DNA of 64,000 nt from an uncultured Actinomycetota bacterium. GTDB lineage: Bacteria; Actinomycetota; Actinomycetes; JAHEKZ01. Below the pieces are notes generated by a model. That model searched no databases. It had not been told where the DNA came from and saw only the letters and a program-made list of their open reading frames with translations. The stretch spans positions 192,001 to 256,000 of the forward strand of contig CAVURN010000003.1 of assembly GCA_963743915.1 (NCBI GenBank). The letters are read 5' to 3'. Of the stretch, positions 59,236-64,000 are shown piece after piece; the stretch's first letter is position 1, and each line of letters starts with the position of its first letter. The position numbers and the translations under genes are program-made.

Positions 59236-60291
59236 ACGCCGGATCCTCGGGTCGATCGACCGCGATGACGAGGTCGGCGATGATGTTGAAGACGATCACC
59301 GAGACGCTGAAGAGCAGGAAGAGCGCCTGCAGCAGCGGCAGGTCCTGCGCCTGCACCGCGTTCCACGTCAGCAGACCCAGCCCCGGATAGGAGAAGACCG
59401 TCTCGACGGTGATGGCACCGCCGATGATGAAGCCGATGTTGAGGAAGATCAGGGTGATGGTCGGCAGCGAGGCGTTCGGCACCGCGTGACCGCGTCGGAT
59501 CGCGCGGTCCATCAGCCCCTTGGCTCGCGCCGTCATCAGGTAGTCCTGCCCCAGCTCGTCCACCATCGAGGCACGCATGATGAGCGAGTAGTCGGCGAGG
59601 TAGACGGCGGCCAGCGCGCAGGCTGGCAGCACCGTGTGGAAGGCGATGCTGATCATGCCCTCGAGCGTCCACGGATCAAGCCCCGACGCCGATGCTGGAG
59701 CCACTCGGGAAGATGCCGGGGAAGGGCCCGATGCCGGTGGAGAAGACCAGGATGAGGATCAGGCCGAGCCAGAACTCAGGCGTCGCGTAGAGGAAGAGCG
59801 TGACGCCGGTCGAGATCTTGTCGAACCGGCTGCCCCGCGTTCCATCCCGCGCGGATGCCGATCCAGATGCCGATCACCGTGGCCAGCAGCGTGGAGGTGC
59901 CGAGCAGGATCAGCGTCCACGGCATCGCCTCGCCGATCACGTCCCAGACCGGCTTGCCCTGGATGGTGGAGAACGAGTCGAGCTGCAGCGGGTCCTTCAG
60001 GTAGTTGAAGAACTGCTCCCAGAGCGGGGCGTCGAGCTCCTCACGCAGCTTGGCGAGGTCCTCGGGGGAGATCTCCCGAGCGCCCTTGTAACGGGCGAGC
60101 GGGTCGCCGGGAAGCATCTGGAACATGAAGAAGTTCACGACCAGCACGAACGCGAGGGTCCCGAGACCGGTCAGCAGCCGGCGTCCCGTGAACCGTCCCA
60201 GACCCGACACCCGCGACGGGCGCTGGACCCGACCGTCTTCGGTCGGGTCCAGCGCGCCGGCGGAGGTTCCCCCAGGGTCAATCTGCGCCAC
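59232..60291 (-). CDS. Peptide ABC transporter permease (OppB-like), several frameshifts
   Basis: LPGDP, QDYLMTARAKGL, HAVPNA, ETVFSYPGLG. Confidence 0.8.
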
Positions 60292-60294
60292 CCG

Positions 60295-62160
60295 CTACTC
60301 CACGTCGGCGCCGCTGCCACGGCGACCACGTGTCGTCAGCCAGACGATGAGCCCCACCAGCACGGCTGCCGCGGCGACGCCACCCACGATCAGTGCGGTG
60401 TTCGTCTCGTCCGAGCCGCCGAACCACCCGAGTCGCCGGTCACCGGCTCGATGTTCAGGTACGAGTAGATGCCGTACTGGAACAGGATCGCTCCGTTGTC
60501 GGACGGCTGCTCGACGAACCCGGTGTACCGGTCGCTGCGGTACGCCTGCAGGTAGTCGTAGTACTCGGTGACGATGTAGGCGTTGGCGTCGTAGACCATC
60601 TGCTGCATCTGCTTGACGATCTCGGCGCGGGCGTCCCGGTCGATCTCGATCGCCTGGTCCGCGTAGAGCTGGTCGTACTCCTCGTTGCAGTAGAAGCTGT
60701 CGTTGAGGCCGGCCCAGATCTTGCCGCTCTTCGACTCGTAGCTCATCTGGTCGCAGGTGAAGACCGAGGTCTGGTAGTCCGGGTCAGGCTCGACCACCCA
60801 GCCCCACTCGTACATGTCGAACGTTCCGTCACCTGCGATGCCGTACAGCCGTCCCTCGGACACCGACTCGGCGTTGGAGTCGATGCCGATCGCCTCCAAC
60901 CAGCCCTGCAGCAGCTGGATCGTCGTCTGCGACGTCTTGGAGTTCTGCCGCGAGTACAGCTGGTAGACGAGCGGGTCCGAGCCGTCAGGCATCGTCCGGA
61001 TACCGTCCGGTCCCTTGCGTGTACCCGGCGTCGTCCAGCAGCTGGTTGGCGTAGTCGGGGTCGTAGGTGATCGGGTCTTCGATCGTCAGGTGGAAATCGC
61101 TGTAGATCGGCGGGATGAACGTGTCACCCGGGCTGCCCCGGCCGTTCAACGTGCGGTCGACCAACGCCTCCTTGTCGATCGCGTAGTGGATCGCCTCACG
61201 GACGACCGGGTCCTTCAGCGACGGGTGGCCGTTACCGATCGGCGTGCCGTCCGTCAGCTGCGCACCACCGTTGAAGGTGAGGTAGTTGAAGCCGGAGTAC
61301 TGCGAGGACTTCGCCGTGATGTTGTCCTCGCCCTCGAGCGTGTCGAAGAGGTTGGCCTCGACGTCGTCGGCGAAGTCGATCTCACCGTTCTGCAGCGCGG
61401 TGACCAGTCCGTTGTCGTTCTGGTAGATCTTGAACTCGACGCCGTCGATGTTCGGCGGGCCGCCCCAGTAGTCCTCGATTGGTCTCGAACCGGTAGTACT
61501 GGCCCTTGACCGCGTCGGTCATGATGAACGGCCCGGAGCCCACCATGCCCGGAGGGTCGGAGTCGGGCTCGTTGGTGTACTTGCGCGAGCTCGTCGGCGT
61601 CGATCTCGCTCCAGATGTGCTCGGGCAGGATCGGCACCGCAAGGTTGTTCATGATCGGCGAGGGTTCTTTGATGGTCATCTCGACGGTGTAGTCGTCGAC
61701 CGCCTCGACCGTCTCGATGTTCTTGACGTAGCTGCCGTAGTTCGTGCGTTCGATCGACTCACCCTCGATGATGCGGTTGAAGGTGTAGACCACGTCGTCG
61801 GCCGTCAGCGGCTCGCCGTCGTGGAAGGTGGCGTTGTCGACGAGGTTGTACGTCCAGGTCAGGCCGTCCTCGGACGACTCCCACGACTCGGCGAGCCGCG
61901 GCACCGGCGAGAAGTCCTCGGCGCTGTAGCCGGTCAGCGTAGTCGTAGGCCAGCGCCCACGACTCGTACGCGGCGACGGTGATGCCCTTGAAGGGGTTGA
62001 GGTTGTCGACGTCCTGCAGCACACCGACGACGAAGATGTTCTTGCCGTCCTGCTCGAGTGCCTGGGCCTGACCCCCCAGTGTCGCCATCGGCAGCATCGC
62101 CGCCACCAGCGCTGTGCTCGCCACGGCCCCGATCCGCAGGCTCCTCCGCGTCCTTGCCAT
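60295..62160 (-). CDS. Family 5 (peptide) ABC substrate-binding protein with C-terminal TM anchor, several frameshifts
   Basis: Signal peptide, LAESWE, FHDGEPLTADDVVYTF, VGSGPF. C-terminal ALIVGGVAAAAVLVGLIVWL followed by a basic tail. Confidence 0.8.
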
Positions 62161-62470
62161 GCCTGATCCCTCCTGGCCCCGCACCCTGCGGTGGCCATGG
62201 CAGCCGCACCGGCGGTCGAAGATCCCTCCCTCCCGTCCCTCTCCGGACGGGAGATCTTCCGGTCAAAGGCCCTGCTCGCCGCACGTCGTCCGGCGGAAGG
62301 GCCTCTGTCCACACCCAGCGGTGCCTGCTGCGCTGGTGGGGAACGTAAGGGATGATCGCGGCACCCGTCTACCGTTTGTGACCGAACCGTGTCGGCTCCT
62401 CCCACCCGCCCGCCGGGCGGTCGCTACCCTCGCCGGACGCTTCCGCACTCGTGGACCGCGGGGAGGCACG

Positions 62471-64000
62471 GTGAACGACCGACGGGACACCGTGGCTGAC
62501 GCTGCCCTGCCGCGGGTGCGCGACGTCCTGGCGCTTGCCGGCCCTCGCGGTGGGGCTGCCCCGCGTCGACGCCGGCAGCCGCGGGCTGGACGGCCCGGTG
62601 CGTTGGGTCCACGTGAGCGAGCTCGCGGACATCGCCGGGCTGCTGACCGGGGGAGAGCTGATCCTCACCACGGGAATCGCGCTTCCCACGACGGACGTCG
62701 ACCTGCGCGGGTACGCCGACACGCTCGCCGCCGCCGGAGCGGCGGGCCTGGTGGTCGAGCTGGGCCGGCGCTTCACCGAGCTGCCGCGCGCCCTCGTCCG
62801 CGGCTGCAACGTGCACGACCTGCCCCTGGTGAGCCTGCACCGTGAGCTGCGCTTCGTGAAGGTGACGCAGGCGGTCCACTCGCTGATCGTCGAGGAGCAG
62901 ATCAGCGCGCTCCGCGCCTCGGAGTCGGCGCACCGCGTGTTCACCCGGCTCTGCGTCGAGGGGGCGTCGGCGGCGTCCATCGTCCACGAGGCGAGTCGTC
63001 TCTCCGGCTCCCCGGTGGTCTTCGAGAACCTCGTGCACCAGGTGGTCGCCCACGCCGCGGGAGATCGGGCGTTGGACGACGTGCTCCGTGACTGGAGCAC
63101 CCGATCTCGCGCCGCTGAGACGTCGTCCCCCAGCGATGTCTGCGGGCCTGAGGGATGGCTGGTGGCCACCGTCGAGGCGCGTGGCGAGGTGTGGGGACGC
63201 CTGGTGCTGCTGCCTGACGGGGTGCCCACGTCGCACCAGCAGATGGTCCTGGAGCGCGCCGCCACCGCACTCACGCTGAACCGGCTGCTGGAGCAGCACC
63301 AGGACCCCATGGAGCTGCAGGCGCATCGCACCACGCTGGCCGACATCATCGACCGGCGCTTCGAGTCCGCCGACGACATCCATGCGCGGACTGCCGCGCT
63401 CGGCGTCCCCACTGCTCGTCGGGAGCTCGTCGCCGTGGTCGTCGAGCTCAGCGCCGACCGGGCGCACCAGCCGCACGCCCGGCCGCGTGACCTCGAGGCC
63501 GAGCTGGTGGCGGCGGCCCTGCGGTCAGCAGACACCAGAGCGCTGGTCGCCTCACTCCGCCCCGGGCGGGTCGGGGTCCTGGTGCCCCTGCCCGAGGGAG
63601 GCGACCCGTCCGTGCTGCTCACCAAGGTGGCGCAGCACGTTCTGGCCAAGGCCGACACCTCGAACGTGGCGCGACCGGTCATCGGCGTCGGCTCGCCCGT
63701 GCGCGACCTCGACGCGGTGCGGCGTTCGTTCGCCGAGGCGGCGCACGCGGCAGAGGCGGCCCAGGGATCGTCGGACGAGAAGCCGTACTACGAACTTCCC
63801 GACGTGCAGCTGCGTGGGCTGCTCTACGTGCTGGGCGGCGACCCGCGCCTGCAGGCCTTCGTCGAGCGGACTCTGGGCCCGCTGCTCGACCACGACGCAC
63901 GCAACCACACCGACCTGCTGGCGGCGCTGCAGGTGTACCTGTCCCACGGGAGGAACAAGTCGGCGGCCGCCGACGCGGCGCACCTGTCGCGTCAGGCGTT
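62471..64000 (+). CDS. PucR-family transcriptional regulator (indel near 62535; runs off the window)
   Basis: VRWVHVSELADIAGLLTGGELILTTG PucR domain; C-terminal LGPLLDHD...GRNKSAAADAAHLSRQ HTH. Confidence 0.85.

Overview
High-GC actinobacterial chromosomal segment (Bpa proteasome activator, Rv3719/Rv3720-like pair, many leaderless-type genes). Many genes are broken by single-base indels that look like long-read consensus errors. Left part (1-22.4 kb): accessory metabolic genes, including a membrane-fused spermidine-synthase-like protein, a PafA-like phosphatase with a perfect CRP box, an ECF sigma/anti-sigma pair, an MMPL transporter with a ~265-aa coiled-coil insert, a glutamate decarboxylase operon, a multidomain phytase, an amidohydrolase and a DMFase-beta/C45 pair. 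Then divergent rmlBD/rmlAC with a GT61 glycosyltransferase and a methyltransferase (22.5-28.8 kb), and a run of small accessory genes (29-37.7 kb). That run ends in an IS481-family element inserted at the 3' end of tRNA-Arg(ACG), with a 15-bp target duplication and arrays of subterminal repeats. Right part: tRNA-Ser(GCT), CorA, tmsAB/bfaAB-like fatty-acid methylation genes, ChrA, an orphan chemoreceptor with a sigma28-type promoter, GGT, oleA-oleBC-oleD olefin synthesis, tRNA-Ser(TGA), ung, bpa, a peptide ABC transporter operon and a PucR regulator cut by the window edge. No CRISPR array or prophage was seen. All calls come from reading motifs by eye; no database search was run.
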